A DNA stretch of 64,000 nt from Desulfatiglandales bacterium (GTDB lineage Bacteria; Desulfobacterota; DSM-4660; Desulfatiglandales; Desulfatiglandaceae): contig OY759599.1 in assembly GCA_963662465.1 (NCBI GenBank), positions 1,088,001-1,152,000 on the forward strand, written 5' to 3'. Under the pieces are notes generated by a model. The model saw only the letters and a program-made list of their open reading frames with translations. It was not told the DNA's origin and ran no database searches. Each line of letters opens with the position of its first letter. Position 1 is the first letter of the stretch. Both the position numbers and the translations under genes were made by a program. Positions 1-10,118 of this stretch are shown here, in pieces.

Positions 1-1
1 T

Positions 2-178
2 CAACTTCTGGATGCCGTTGCCGGACGGAATTATGAGGTTTTTGATCGCTCCGTGGATGTCCATATCTCCCTGTTGCGGCGCAAGCTCGGGGAAAATCCC
101 CGCAAGCCCGGATTCATTCAAACGGTCAGAAGCGTCGGCTATATGTTTAAGGCCCCCGAAGATCAAACATCATGTTAA
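2..178 (+). CDS. 3' end of an OmpR/CpxR-family response regulator (partial, starts before window)
   Basis: Manual translation from nt 2: ...FDRSVDVHISLLRRKLGENPRKPGFIQTVRSVGYMF..., a typical winged-helix C-terminus; TAA at 176-178. Confidence 0.85.
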   Translation, partial: QLLDAVAGRNYEVFDRSVDVHISLLRRKLGENPRKPGFIQTVRSVGYMFKAPEDQTSC

Positions 179-207
179 TTATTTTTGGTTGCTGTTTCCC
201 AGGGGGA

Positions 208-1590
208 TTATTCTCCAGAGCTTCGCGTGTAATGTAGCATAGGAATGTGCTTAAGAATCGATGCGACAATTTTTTTCGTGATGTCGTCCTGCAACTGGAA
301 AATGTCCGCCAATTCACCGTCGTATTTCTCGGCCCAAAGGTGATTTCCCGTAACGCCGTCGATCAGCTGAGCTGTCACCCGGAGCCTGTTCCCCGCCTTG
401 CGGACACTCCCTTCGAGAATATACCGAACGCCCAGTTCACTGCTGATGTTTTTAATGTTGGCGGATGTGTCGCGATATGAAAAGCTTGATGTCCTGGAAA
501 CCACGAAAAGGGAATCGAAATGGGACAGGCGCGTGGTGATGTCTTCACTGAGTCCATCTGAAAAATATTCCAACTCCGGATCACCGCTCATACTGACAAA
601 GGGGAGTACGGCAATGGCGGGTTTGTCGGGCAACCCCTCATCTCCCTGGGATTCCGAACCACCCCCCTCCATGACGACCCGGTATACCCGCAGGGGATCC
701 TGAATGTTTTTGACGGCGTGTTCCCCCTGATATTCAAACCGCCAGGGGAGCTTGTTCTTCACCTGGTCGTATGCGGTGCCCGAGATGCTGATGCCGCCGC
801 CGTCCGCCAGTCCCTCGATTCTGGCGGCTATGTTGATCCCATCTCCGTAGATTTTCTTCCCCTGTTGAATCACGTCTCCTAAATTGACGCCGATTCGGAA
901 TTCCATTCTGCGATTTTTGGGAAGATCCGCGTTTTTCCCTTTGAGCTCCTCCTGGATCCTGACCGCACATGCCACCGCATCCACGACGCTTGAAAATTCC
1001 AATAACATATTGTCCCCCGGGGAGTCCACCACCCGAGCACTGTATTGGTGGACGAGAGAGGAAATGACGGCACGGTAATGGTTCAAGGTTTGCACAGTGG
1101 CAATCTCATCCTCACCCATTAAACGGCTGTATCCCTTGACATCCGCGCTGAGAATCGCCGTGAGCTTGCGCCTGGCCGGATGGCGTGATTCATCGAGGAG
1201 GTGTTCTTCCCCAAACCCGGACCCCGCCCCGGTGCGGCGCAGAACCGCTTTGATCCTGCCGATCACTTCCCGGGGACTGAAGGGTTTACAGATATAATCA
1301 TCCGCACCCAGTTCCAGTCCCAGCAATCGATCGATTTCCTCCACCCGGGCTGTCACCATGATGATGGGCACGTTTGAAAAGGTTCGGATCTCCTTGCAGA
1401 TATCGAGTCCGTCCCGCCCGGGCAGCATAAGATCGAGCAGGATCAGGTCGGGATTTCGCTCCCGCACCCAGGGCGCCACCTCAAGACCGTCGGTAAGACA
1501 AAAGGGTGTAAATCCCGATTGTTTCAGATAATCGATCAAAATTCCGGCCAGCTTTTCCTCGTCTTCAACCACTAAAATTGTACGACTCAA
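208..1590 (-). CDS. BaeR-like receiver domain fused to class III nucleotidyl cyclase and TolB-like domain
   Basis: REC motifs LVVEDE, LILLDLMLP, KPFSPRE; then AILSADVKGYSRLM, GDN, FRIGVNLGDV, GDGINIAARIE; then IAVLPF...YFSDGLSEDI. Confidence 0.85.
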   Translation of the reverse strand: MSRTILVVEDEEKLAGILIDYLKQSGFTPFCLTDGLEVAPWVRERNPDLILLDLMLPGRDGLDICKEIRTFSNVPIIMVTARVEEIDRLLGLELGADDYICKPFSPREVIGRIKAVLRRTGAGSGFGEEHLLDESRHPARRKLTAILSADVKGYSRLMGEDEIATVQTLNHYRAVISSLVHQYSARVVDSPGDNMLLEFSSVVDAVACAVRIQEELKGKNADLPKNRRMEFRIGVNLGDVIQQGKKIYGDGINIAARIEGLADGGGISISGTAYDQVKNKLPWRFEYQGEHAVKNIQDPLRVYRVVMEGGGSESQGDEGLPDKPAIAVLPFVSMSGDPELEYFSDGLSEDITTRLSHFDSLFVVSRTSSFSYRDTSANIKNISSELGVRYILEGSVRKAGNRLRVTAQLIDGVTGNHLWAEKYDGELADIFQLQDDITKKIVASILKHIPMLHYTRSSGE

Positions 1591-3068
1591 TGTGCTCCTC
1601 CCGCCGGCGGCAGTTCGATTTTGAACGAAACACCCCCCAGGTCCGAAGATTCGGCGACAATGGTTCCTTCATGGGCTTCCACAATTTTTTTACAGATGGC
1701 CAATCCCAATCCCGCACCTCCCAAAGCACGGTTGCGAGAGGTTTCCACCCGGTACAGGCGTTCGAAAAGCCTTTCTATTTCAGCTGGACCCACACCCGGT
1801 GCGCTATCCTGCCAGATGATGGTGAGCATAGGGTCGGTCCTCTCCAATTCGATATGGACTTGTCCACCGTGATCCGTGTATTTTAAGGAGTTGCTCAACA
1901 GGTTCTCAAAAAGCTGCTGCAAACGCCCGGGATCTCCGAATAGCTCAAATTCTCCTTCAGGGGGTCGGTTTAAGATTATGGATATGGCTTTTTCGGAAAA
2001 TCTGGTTCTGAATGATTCCACGGTCTCACCCAGAAGGGCAGCCAGGTCCAGATTCTCTTTCCGGTAAGCCAATGCACCCATATCAGACAGGGAGAGCTGA
2101 AAAAGATCGCCCACAAGCCGGTCCAGTTGCATAACTTCAGCGTGCAAAGAGCTTAGCGCTTCGGGAGTCACGGGCCGGATATTATCCTGAAGCGCTTCAA
2201 TTTCACCCCGCAGCACGGCCAGCGGCGTGCGAAGCTCATGGGAGACATCACCCACCAGCTGTCGCCGCATTTTTTCATTGCGCTCAAGGGTGTCCGCCAG
2301 GGTGTTAAAATCCCGTATGAGCCGACCCAGCTCATCCTTTGCCCCCACAGGGAGTCTGGTATCATAATGCCCGGCGGTCAGGCGATGTGTCCCGGCCGCC
2401 AAAGTCTTGATGCGCTTCACCATCTGTCGAGCCAGCGGAAGCGAGAGCAGTGCGGCGACGCAGGCCGTCAACAGAGCGATGATAAAGAAAGCGCGTTTCT
2501 GGGTCTTGACAAAGCGAAGCTGTAAGTTTTCGGTGAGATGCCGCTGCAAGATGAGCCCCAGAGATCCCACCGGTTTATGGTTATATCGCAATTCAATGGT
2601 CTTCATGGGGTCCGGATGATTGGGAGGGCCGAAAAGCGTCTTTCCGTCGCCATCCATCAGCATAATCCGAGCCCCGAATGGCCTTCTTCCTTCAGGCACA
2701 TCATGGGGGGGTGGTCGGTTTGCCATGCCCGGCGCTAACGGTGGTGGACGTCCCTGGGGCCCACCCGGCCTGTCTGACTTCGAAAAGCCGACATTCCGTC
2801 TCGAATGTAAGTCTTCCGGCATGGCATCCTTAAGGAAATTGTTCAAAAACCTGGGGTTATCACGCACAAACCCCCAGCCTCCGGTTTCCGCATAGGCTTT
2901 TTCCAAAGATCCGGCCAGCGTTTCAAGCTGTTTTTCTTCCATGGTGTTGACGTAATTTAAAAACCCGCGGTTAAAGCTGTATTGAATGAGAAATACCATA
3001 CTGACGACCACAATACCGATGGCCACCAGGAGGTTCAGAAAAAATTTGGTTGTCAGGCTCAATTTCAT
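1587..3068 (-). CDS. BaeS-like sensor histidine kinase (ORF extends to 3176; MKLSLTTK start preferred)
   Basis: Two TM segments, HAMP (DELGRL), H-box DVSHELRTPL, N-box NLLSNSLKY, GAGLGLAI; 4-bp overlap with the downstream regulator. Confidence 0.9.
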   Translation of the reverse strand: MKLSLTTKFFLNLLVAIGIVVVSMVFLIQYSFNRGFLNYVNTMEEKQLETLAGSLEKAYAETGGWGFVRDNPRFLNNFLKDAMPEDLHSRRNVGFSKSDRPGGPQGRPPPLAPGMANRPPPHDVPEGRRPFGARIMLMDGDGKTLFGPPNHPDPMKTIELRYNHKPVGSLGLILQRHLTENLQLRFVKTQKRAFFIIALLTACVAALLSLPLARQMVKRIKTLAAGTHRLTAGHYDTRLPVGAKDELGRLIRDFNTLADTLERNEKMRRQLVGDVSHELRTPLAVLRGEIEALQDNIRPVTPEALSSLHAEVMQLDRLVGDLFQLSLSDMGALAYRKENLDLAALLGETVESFRTRFSEKAISIILNRPPEGEFELFGDPGRLQQLFENLLSNSLKYTDHGGQVHIELERTDPMLTIIWQDSAPGVGPAEIERLFERLYRVETSRNRALGGAGLGLAICKKIVEAHEGTIVAESSDLGGVSFKIELPPAGGAH

Positions 3069-3214
3069 AATGTTCAGGGTTCCCTTACCCCGGATACGCC
3101 ATAAGTGCCGGTTAGGATTTTCGGTTTGCAGATAAAACCATTTTTCGGACCAACGGGAGAAGGATTTGAAAAACATTCCCCATGGTCGAAAATATTTTAC
3201 ACTACTTTGAGCAT

Positions 3215-3280
3215 CAATATAAACAATGAATGTAAAGAAATTTTGTCATTCTGGAATAAAATTGTAAAGATCCTGTAAAA
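3215..3280 (-). promoter_or_regulatory. TTTACA direct-repeat promoter (type 2) upstream of the kinase
   Basis: Minus strand TTTACAggatcTTTACA...ctTTACATTCATTGTTTATATT, matching 19900-19963. Confidence 0.65.
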
Positions 3281-3352
3281 AAAATGTTCAGAAATCATGA
3301 CATCCTGTCCATCAAGAACAGCATATTGCGCGAGGGAGAAACGTCTATAGGT

Positions 3353-3800
3353 TTAAAAGATTATTTTATAGGGCAGGTCCATCAGGGGGAGGTAGCTTAG
3401 CCAGCCTATCAGATGCTTCTCATTCCAGACTTTAGCGGCCTCGGCATCCGTGCGCGGCCCTGAACGTGCGCTCGTGTCTGGATCGCCTTCGTTATAGGGC
3501 GTGCGAAAAATCAATACGGGGAATGTGGATCCAAGGGGTGGTTTCCACAGGTTAGGGAACTGGAAGAAAATAATATACGTATATCGTGCAGAACTTTTGT
3601 TCGTCTTCAAGGCGTGATGGCAGGTGCATAGTGGGCTATGTGCCTGTTATCACAACGTAGAAGACGGGCAAAAGGGCAAACAGGATGCGTAGATTATTTT
3701 TTGGAAGTTCCCTTAGCGCGTAGTATCACGCCATCGCGCATGGGAATCGATACGTTCGACTCAATGATATAGTCACTTTGATTTTGGGCATCGTTACCAT
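3353..3800 (-). pseudogene. CocE/NonD hydrolase N-terminal remnant interrupted by a MITE
   Basis: Removing 3555-3712 and one TSD restores SNVSIPMRDGVILRANLWKPPLGSTFPVLIFRTPYNE. Confidence 0.75.
3555..3712. mobile_element. 158-bp MITE with 28-bp imperfect TIRs and TTA target duplication
   Basis: Left GGGAACTGGAAGAAAATAATATACGTAT vs right (rc) GGGAACTTCCAAAAAATAATCTACGCAT; TTA at 3552-3554 and 3713-3715. Confidence 0.85.
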
Positions 3801-3898
3801 GACAACCGTTGTTTTCCTCCTTCGGATTTTCGGAGCGCCGATACAGGTCGCTCCGACCTTTGAGAAATGCCCAGTCTTCGGTGCCATGTGCTTTGTGT

Positions 3899-6781
3899 CT
3901 AAGTGTTCCGCCGGCGGGTTATTGGGCGAATGCCCGCGGCGGCCATCAGGAGAATGAAAAGGATCATCCCCCATTCCGACAGGGTGGGGATCGGCGCCGC
4001 GGTCACCCCCACATTTCCGGGATCCACGATTTCGCCGTTTTGGATCCCGTCCTGATCGCCTTCTCCGCCGTCGGTCAAAATCAGGACAAAGGTATTGTCC
4101 CCGTCGTCCAGCCCTTCCACATTCCCGTAAGGGGTGTAGGCGCCGGTTTGCGCGTCGAACTTGTAGAAAACGGATCCCGCTGAAATGTTTTCGGTCATAG
4201 TGAAAACCATACGGATTGTCCCGCCCTGCGGCACATTCACCACTTTGAAGTCCATAAGGCCCCACGGAAAGGTGGTATCGACCGGCAGGGTTCCGCCGGC
4301 CTCCCCGCTGTCCATGGAGAGCGCATAGGGTCCGCCCGTCGTCCGCTCAATTTGCATGCGGCATCCGGCCGCCGGTCCTTCGGCAAAAACGGCGTCGGCC
4401 GTTCCCTGAACCACGGTGCAGGTTTCCCCCGCAATGGTCATGGTTCCGGTTCGGGGCGGGTTTTGGGAACCGTTTTCAGCGACCCGGTAGGTCACGGTTC
4501 CCTTCCCCGTGCTCCGGGTTCCGTCGGTGATGCTGATCCAGTCATTGTTGGAAGCGGCGGTCCACTGGCAAACCGCATCAATGGTGACCGCAACCGTTCG
4601 GTCGGCCATGGCCTCCGGGCCGTATTGAACATTTGTGGGGTTGATCACCGCCTGGCAAGTGCTCCACTGGGCGTAGAGGGTCACATTGGCTTCGGGCATG
4701 TCAAATTTTTCTCCCGGGTTGTAAGAGGTGCCGCTGCCGTCCGGTGTCGTGTTCCAGTGGCTGAAGGTCGCGTCGGTTTTCACCAGGGTCCCTTTATCCA
4801 GTACCGTGACCTCATCTCCCTGCTGGTAGGCCTTGTCGTCGGTGGGGGATTCGCCCCCGGTATTGCCGTTGCCGTTGTAGGTCACCCGGTAGGTGGGGGC
4901 AAAATTGGCGGTGACGCTCTTCGCCTCGTCCATGGTGAGGGTGGCCGGATTGTTCGAACCCGTAAGTGCACCCGACCAGTCGGTAAAGGTGTAATGGGCG
5001 TTGGCGTTGGCGGTCAATTCAACCTGTTCCCCATGTTCGTACTGAACCTTATCGGGATTTTTGGTCACCGTGCCGCCCGCTGCCGGATTCGCGGTGGTGG
5101 TGAGGGAATACACGTTGATGCTCCAGTGCGCATAGAGCCTGTGATTCTCGGCAGTGTCCACAGGGGTGCTGGATGTCACCTGCGTCCCACCCGTAGCGAC
5201 CGTGAACCACCCGGCAAAGGTGTACCCGGCATGACTGGTCGTCGCCAGATCCCCATAAGTTTCGCCGTACGTCACCGACTTTTCTTCCGGTACGGGAGTG
5301 CTCCCGCCGTTGGCGTCGAAGGTCACTGTGTACTCATTGGCTGTCCACTGGGCGTAAAGGGTCACATTGGCGCCGGGCATGTTGAAGGAGTCTCCCGGGT
5401 TGTAAGGCGCGCCGCCGCCGTTTGCCGCCGTGTTCCAGTTTTTGAAGGTATGGCCGGTTTTGACCAGGGTCCATTTATCTAGAACCTCGACCTTTTCCCC
5501 CTGCTGGTAGGCATTGCTGTCGCAGAGGGCTTTACCGCTGGTATTGCCGTTGCCGTCATAGGTCACTCGGTAGGTGGGGAACGTATAGGCTCCGATGGTG
5601 GGGCTGGTGGGCTGCCGAAGCGCCCCCCGTTGGTCCGTGGTGATTTTGTCGGCTTCCTGCACCGTGGGCACATTATCCCAGTCGGTGAGTTTGTGAGGAT
5701 TATTGTCGTTGTCAAGAAAATAGTAGTATCCGCCCGCGGCATTGTAATAGACGTACGCGCCGCCGAATACCGCCGGGCAGGATGAATTGAGCACCGCCAT
5801 GGTTTGGGTGGGACCGCCGTTGTCTTCCAGGGGTCCCAGATCCCCGGCCGTGTAAGCGTCGGTATTGTTGGGCGCCAGGTTATTTCCGGAAATTGTTCCG
5901 TATGCGTCGCCATACCAGGTGTAATAGGCAGTGGCAGCATCGCTATTGACATCAACGTATACGTCGCCTCCATCTGGAGCCGAGTTATTGACGACGATGC
6001 TGTTCAACAGGTAGCAGTGACCACCGCTTTGATATATTCCACCACCACCCAGATCGGCCGTATTGCCGCTGACGGTGCAGTTGGTCAGGGTCGCCGTTCC
6101 TGAGACAAATATCCCCCCGCCTCTACGAGAGCGGGAGCCTCCGGCAGTGTTCCCGCTGACGGTGCAGTTGGTCAGGGTCGCCGTTCCTGAGACATATATC
6201 CCCCCGCCTGAACCGATTTGGTTAAAGCCTTCGGCAGTGTTTCCGCTGATAGTGCAGTTGGTCAGGGTCGCCGTTCCTGAGACATATATCCCCCCGCCAG
6301 CATAGTAAGCCTTGGACCCGGACACCGTGACCGCATCCATCTTCAGGGTGCTGCCCGAAAAATAAATCGCCCCCCCATACCTAGTAACACTACCTCCGTT
6401 AACGGCCATATTGGAAATATTGACCGTCTTGTCGGCGGCGTCAATGTTGAACACACGCCACGGGCTCCCACCCGGGGTCGGAACCCGCACCGTCACGCAC
6501 GTCCCGCTCCCGGCCATGTTGGCCCCGTTGATGGTGAGGCTTTTATCGGTAATCTCCAATTCTGACTCAATCTCGATGGTCTCTGAACCGTTAGACAGAT
6601 TAAAGGTAATGATGTCGTCGTCCTCTGCATCGATAATGGCCTGGCGCAGGGTTCCCAAACCCGAATCGCCATTGTTGGTCACCACAATCGTATCGGCCCA
6701 TGCGATGCCACTCATCCCCAGGCTCAAAAACAACACCAAAATCACTCCCGTCAAAAAGCTGTAGATTCCACCTGTACGCAT
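3899..6781 (-). CDS. Surface protein: beta-helix/choice-of-anchor-Q-like region, InlB B-repeats, BACON-like domain, IPTL-CTERM sorting signal
   Basis: Signal peptide; 3x GGGI(Y/F)VSGTATLTNCTxSGNTA; LGPLEDNGGPTQT/DQRG; VTYxGNG...LYAQW repeats; C-terminal IPTLSEWG-TM-RRR. Confidence 0.85.
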   Translation of the reverse strand: MRTGGIYSFLTGVILVLFLSLGMSGIAWADTIVVTNNGDSGLGTLRQAIIDAEDDDIITFNLSNGSETIEIESELEITDKSLTINGANMAGSGTCVTVRVPTPGGSPWRVFNIDAADKTVNISNMAVNGGSVTRYGGAIYFSGSTLKMDAVTVSGSKAYYAGGGIYVSGTATLTNCTISGNTAEGFNQIGSGGGIYVSGTATLTNCTVSGNTAGGSRSRRGGGIFVSGTATLTNCTVSGNTADLGGGGIYQSGGHCYLLNSIVVNNSAPDGGDVYVDVNSDAATAYYTWYGDAYGTISGNNLAPNNTDAYTAGDLGPLEDNGGPTQTMAVLNSSCPAVFGGAYVYYNAAGGYYYFLDNDNNPHKLTDWDNVPTVQEADKITTDQRGALRQPTSPTIGAYTFPTYRVTYDGNGNTSGKALCDSNAYQQGEKVEVLDKWTLVKTGHTFKNWNTAANGGGAPYNPGDSFNMPGANVTLYAQWTANEYTVTFDANGGSTPVPEEKSVTYGETYGDLATTSHAGYTFAGWFTVATGGTQVTSSTPVDTAENHRLYAHWSINVYSLTTTANPAAGGTVTKNPDKVQYEHGEQVELTANANAHYTFTDWSGALTGSNNPATLTMDEAKSVTANFAPTYRVTYNGNGNTGGESPTDDKAYQQGDEVTVLDKGTLVKTDATFSHWNTTPDGSGTSYNPGEKFDMPEANVTLYAQWSTCQAVINPTNVQYGPEAMADRTVAVTIDAVCQWTAASNNDWISITDGTRSTGKGTVTYRVAENGSQNPPRTGTMTIAGETCTVVQGTADAVFAEGPAAGCRMQIERTTGGPYALSMDSGEAGGTLPVDTTFPWGLMDFKVVNVPQGGTIRMVFTMTENISAGSVFYKFDAQTGAYTPYGNVEGLDDGDNTFVLILTDGGEGDQDGIQNGEIVDPGNVGVTAAPIPTLSEWGMILFILLMAAAGIRPITRRRNT

Positions 6782-6882
6782 TTTTATTCCTCCTCCGTAG
6801 CAAATTGAGCGTAGTCCGCAAATACCCGTCCGCTAAAAACAAGGGTCCGGGATGAAAAGGGTGCATCCGCGGTTTCTGACAT

Positions 6883-6954
6883 GTGCGGCTAAAGCCGCAC
6901 CTACAGCACTTCGAAAACAGTACGACGGAACGGTAGGTGCGAAGTTATTCGCAC
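6883..6954. repeat. Inverted pair of GTAG-type REP palindromes
   Basis: rc GTAGGTGCGGCTTTAGCCGCAC (6883-6904) and GTAGGTGCGAAGTTATTCGCAC (6933-6954). Confidence 0.7.
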
Positions 6955-7314
6955 CGTGACGGATGAGTCGCTGTTCTGTTTGAAACATCGGATGCACCTG
7001 ACGGAAACCCCGCCAATTGCATGCTTCGCAAAAAGACGCCGGCAGCATCTTATATTTGTCGCATGCTGCGGCAAAAGCTTTTATAAGCCTTGGCGGAGGC
7101 GGGCATCAGAGTGACTGGTGTTCAGACCTCGGTCCGGTTTTCTTTGAACGAAATCCCGTCGGAAATGCCGATTAGTGAAAAAACATATATTCCGTGATTT
7201 CCCTTGTGTCAAGGGGAAAATATGCGGGTATTTTCCGTTCACCGTTGGTCAAGGTTCCCTCCCCTGTTTCTTCAAATGAAAAAAATCCCATGGGTCCTTC
7301 CATGAAAACCCATT

Positions 7315-7393
7315 TTTACAAAACATTTACAAAACCTTGAAAAGCCCCTGATAAAGGATTTACGAACGGGTGATAGATTGAAGGCAATATGAA
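7315..7393 (+). promoter_or_regulatory. Repeated promoter box (type 1), copy 1
   Basis: TTTACAAAACATTTACAAAACCTTGAAAA...ATAAAGGATTTACGAAC, near-identical at 12199, 16715 and 21906. Confidence 0.8.
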
Positions 7394-7423
7394 AATTGAA
7401 TTGATGGCCATGAGGAATGATTG

Positions 7424-8107
7424 ATGCCTGACATACTGACACTGCAAACCACTTCGGCGCACCCGACGCTGATCACCGTAATCTATATGGTAATGATGTC
7501 TTTTCTGCTGTCCGTTCTGGTGGCAATGACCTATGAAAAAACATTCCGCGGACTTTCCTATTCCAGAAATTTTGTTCAGGCTCTGGTGCTTGCTTCCATT
7601 GTGGCGGCAACCGTCATGCAGGCCATCGGCGACAGTCTGGCCAGCGGCCTTGGCATGATGGGAGCGCTGGCCATCATCCGTTTCCGTACCGGCCTGAAAG
7701 ATCCCAGAGACATTATTTTCATGTTCGCATCCCTGGCTTCCGGTATTTCCTGCGGTGTGGGGGCCTGTTATATTGCCGTTGTCGGCACCTTGGGCTTTTG
7801 CATTTCGGCCTTTATTCTATATCTTTCACCTTTCGGTCAAACGAGTTGTTTTGACGGCATGCTGCGATTTAATATGGAAAATGATGCAAAAGACAAAGGA
7901 CTTTTAGGGGATATTTTAAAAAAGAACTGTCAAAAATTCGCCCTGATCACGCTTCGGGATGCCGCTCAGGGAAAACGTCTGGACTATGCCTATCATATTA
8001 AGATGAAAAGAGGGCGGGACATGGCCCAACTGGTGGACGAGCTCAATGCCATCGCCCATATCGGAGGCGTTAACCTTCTACTTCAAGAGACAACAGTGGA
8101 ACTCTAG
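7424..8107 (+). CDS. DUF4956 family membrane protein
   Basis: YSRNFVQAL, GLGMMGALAIIRFRT, KDPRDIIFMF; soluble C-terminal domain; next to VTC/CotH genes. Confidence 0.85.
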   Translation: MPDILTLQTTSAHPTLITVIYMVMMSFLLSVLVAMTYEKTFRGLSYSRNFVQALVLASIVAATVMQAIGDSLASGLGMMGALAIIRFRTGLKDPRDIIFMFASLASGISCGVGACYIAVVGTLGFCISAFILYLSPFGQTSCFDGMLRFNMENDAKDKGLLGDILKKNCQKFALITLRDAAQGKRLDYAYHIKMKRGRDMAQLVDELNAIAHIGGVNLLLQETTVEL

Positions 8108-8126
8108 TACTCCAGGGAGATCAACA

Positions 8127-10118
8127 ATGCGAAAAAGAAAATTGCTTTGGCTGGTATGGATTCTGGCATTTTTGATCATCGCCAAAATCAATATGGACGG
8201 GAGTCAGGAAAACACGGCTTTTCAGGGGATTGCCGAAAGTCGTGAGGTGATTGTCAATTCGGAGAATGCCGTTGAAATCCGCAATATCCATGTCGCACCG
8301 GGTCAGTCAATAGAAAAAGGCCGGCTGCTGGTGGCGCTGGAACGCCGGGAGCTGACGCTTAAGATCAACGAAATCTCCCACCGCCTGGAGGAACTCAAGT
8401 TGCAGGGGGGGGTAGACCGTGACGGCATTCGGTCTCAAATCGTCGAGTTCCAGGCAGAGCAAAAAATAATCATCGCCCGGGCGGATCATGAAATCAACCG
8501 GCTCCAGTCCCGATTGGCCCTGAACAAAGAACTGACCCAAGGGCTGACAAGCCTGGCGCCGGAAGACCGGAATGACAAAAAACGCAGCCCCGTTGAAACG
8601 GAAATCAAGAATCTGAAAGAGGAAAAGCGACTGAAGCGCTCACAAATTCAGTTGCGAATTAATGCGCTTAAAAAGCAGCTTTCTTCACCGGAAAAGCCGG
8701 TAGATATCAGGACACAAAGCCTGGAAAAGGAACTGGCCTTATTGCTGACGGAAAAAAAGAAGCTGCTGGTGTATGCCCAAATGGATGCCGTGGTGGGGTC
8801 GATTCTATGCAAGGTGGGGGAAAAAGTATCGCCCTTTGTTCCGATCCTGACCCTGTACCGGCCATCCCCTTCTTTTGTAAAGGCATATATCCACGAGGCC
8901 GTGCATCACAGGGCCAAAGTGGGAGAAACAGTGACGCTTGTATCCCAGAGTGGCAGAAGGAAACGCGTGACGGGGAAAATCGAGGGGACCGGTTCCCGGA
9001 TTGTGGAATACCCCGTAAGGCTCCAAAAAAGGCCCGACCTTGTGATACTGGGACGGGAGGTGGAAATCCGTCTTCCGGAGGGAAATCCGTTCCTGCTGGG
9101 AGAAAAGGTGATGGTCTATCCTTTGAAAAGGACGGAAAACCGGTATCTGGCCTGGATAAAAAAGAAAGTCAGCCCGTGGCTGGGGTTGAACCTTTTTGCG
9201 GCGGAGCCGGAAAACTCGGATCAAAAGCGAAACGTACCCGTTGATATTCAACGGTCCGCTTCCCTGAATGATATTCCCGAAATTGAGGCATCCGGCCTGA
9301 TTTACCTGCCGGATCTGAACCGCTTTCTTCTGATCAGCGATGAGACAAAACAGATGGCGCCCGTGCTTTACCTGATGGATCCCGACGGCGTTATTCGAAG
9401 CCAAACCCGAATTCGAGGGATGGATGCCATTGATGATATGGAGGCCATATGCGCGGATGCGTCCGGCAATATCTTTCTTGCCGGTTCACAGAGCCGGAAA
9501 AAGGACGGTACGCTCCCGGACAACCGAAAGATCCTGGCAAAAATCAAAAGAACCGGAACCGATTTTGAGATTTTGAAACGATGTTATCTCTTCGATCTGC
9601 TGAAAAATGCCGCCGGGAAAAATCGTGACGCACAGTGGGCCCGCTTTATCAAGAGTGGGGACATTGAAATTGAAGGGATGTTTTACGAGCAGCAGGACCT
9701 GTATCTGGGATTTAAAAAACCGCTTAAAGACGGACGGGCTGTTATATTGAGAATCAGAGAGATTGAAAAGGCCCTGGAAGAGAACCGGATTCGCCCGGAT
9801 CGGGTGGACATCCGGTGGGAATTGGACTTGCAAAGTGATGATTCCAAGAAAGGAGCGGGAATTTCAGATTTGCTCTTTCATGACAACCGGCTGTATGTGC
9901 TCTTCAGAGCGAGAAAAAAGGGCTGCCGAACAGGTATGCTGCGGATATTTGATGCGGAGGGAATCCTGATGGAAGAATACGGTTTCGGGAATCTGAATCC
10001 GGAAGGCATTGCCTTTTGTAAAGACCCCATGGATGCAAAAAAAAGGAATCTTGTGATCACTTTTGACGGCGGCGGCAAAAATCCTTCAAAAATGCTCCGG
10101 ATCGGAGTCCCGAAATGA
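8127..10118 (+). CDS. HlyD-like periplasmic adaptor fused to a C-terminal beta-propeller-like domain (DUF3616/SdiA-regulated-like)
   Basis: N-terminal TM, lipoyl-like IHVAPGQSIEKGRLL, coiled coil; C-terminal EASGL/ISDE/DMEAI/IEIEG/NPEGI blades; GGGAGA SD. Confidence 0.65.
   Translation: MRKRKLLWLVWILAFLIIAKINMDGSQENTAFQGIAESREVIVNSENAVEIRNIHVAPGQSIEKGRLLVALERRELTLKINEISHRLEELKLQGGVDRDGIRSQIVEFQAEQKIIIARADHEINRLQSRLALNKELTQGLTSLAPEDRNDKKRSPVETEIKNLKEEKRLKRSQIQLRINALKKQLSSPEKPVDIRTQSLEKELALLLTEKKKLLVYAQMDAVVGSILCKVGEKVSPFVPILTLYRPSPSFVKAYIHEAVHHRAKVGETVTLVSQSGRRKRVTGKIEGTGSRIVEYPVRLQKRPDLVILGREVEIRLPEGNPFLLGEKVMVYPLKRTENRYLAWIKKKVSPWLGLNLFAAEPENSDQKRNVPVDIQRSASLNDIPEIEASGLIYLPDLNRFLLISDETKQMAPVLYLMDPDGVIRSQTRIRGMDAIDDMEAICADASGNIFLAGSQSRKKDGTLPDNRKILAKIKRTGTDFEILKRCYLFDLLKNAAGKNRDAQWARFIKSGDIEIEGMFYEQQDLYLGFKKPLKDGRAVILRIREIEKALEENRIRPDRVDIRWELDLQSDDSKKGAGISDLLFHDNRLYVLFRARKKGCRTGMLRIFDAEGILMEEYGFGNLNPEGIAFCKDPMDAKKRNLVITFDGGGKNPSKMLRIGVPK

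Noticed and set aside
208..1180. Pycsar/CBASS-type defence cyclase
   Set aside because: No effector gene nearby; cyclase plus TolB-like architecture fits signalling cyclases
4352..5482. 376-aa plus-strand ORF and similar long antisense ORFs (13306-14169, 42548-43432, 53178-54053)
   Set aside because: Fully overlap well-supported genes on the other strand and have no motifs
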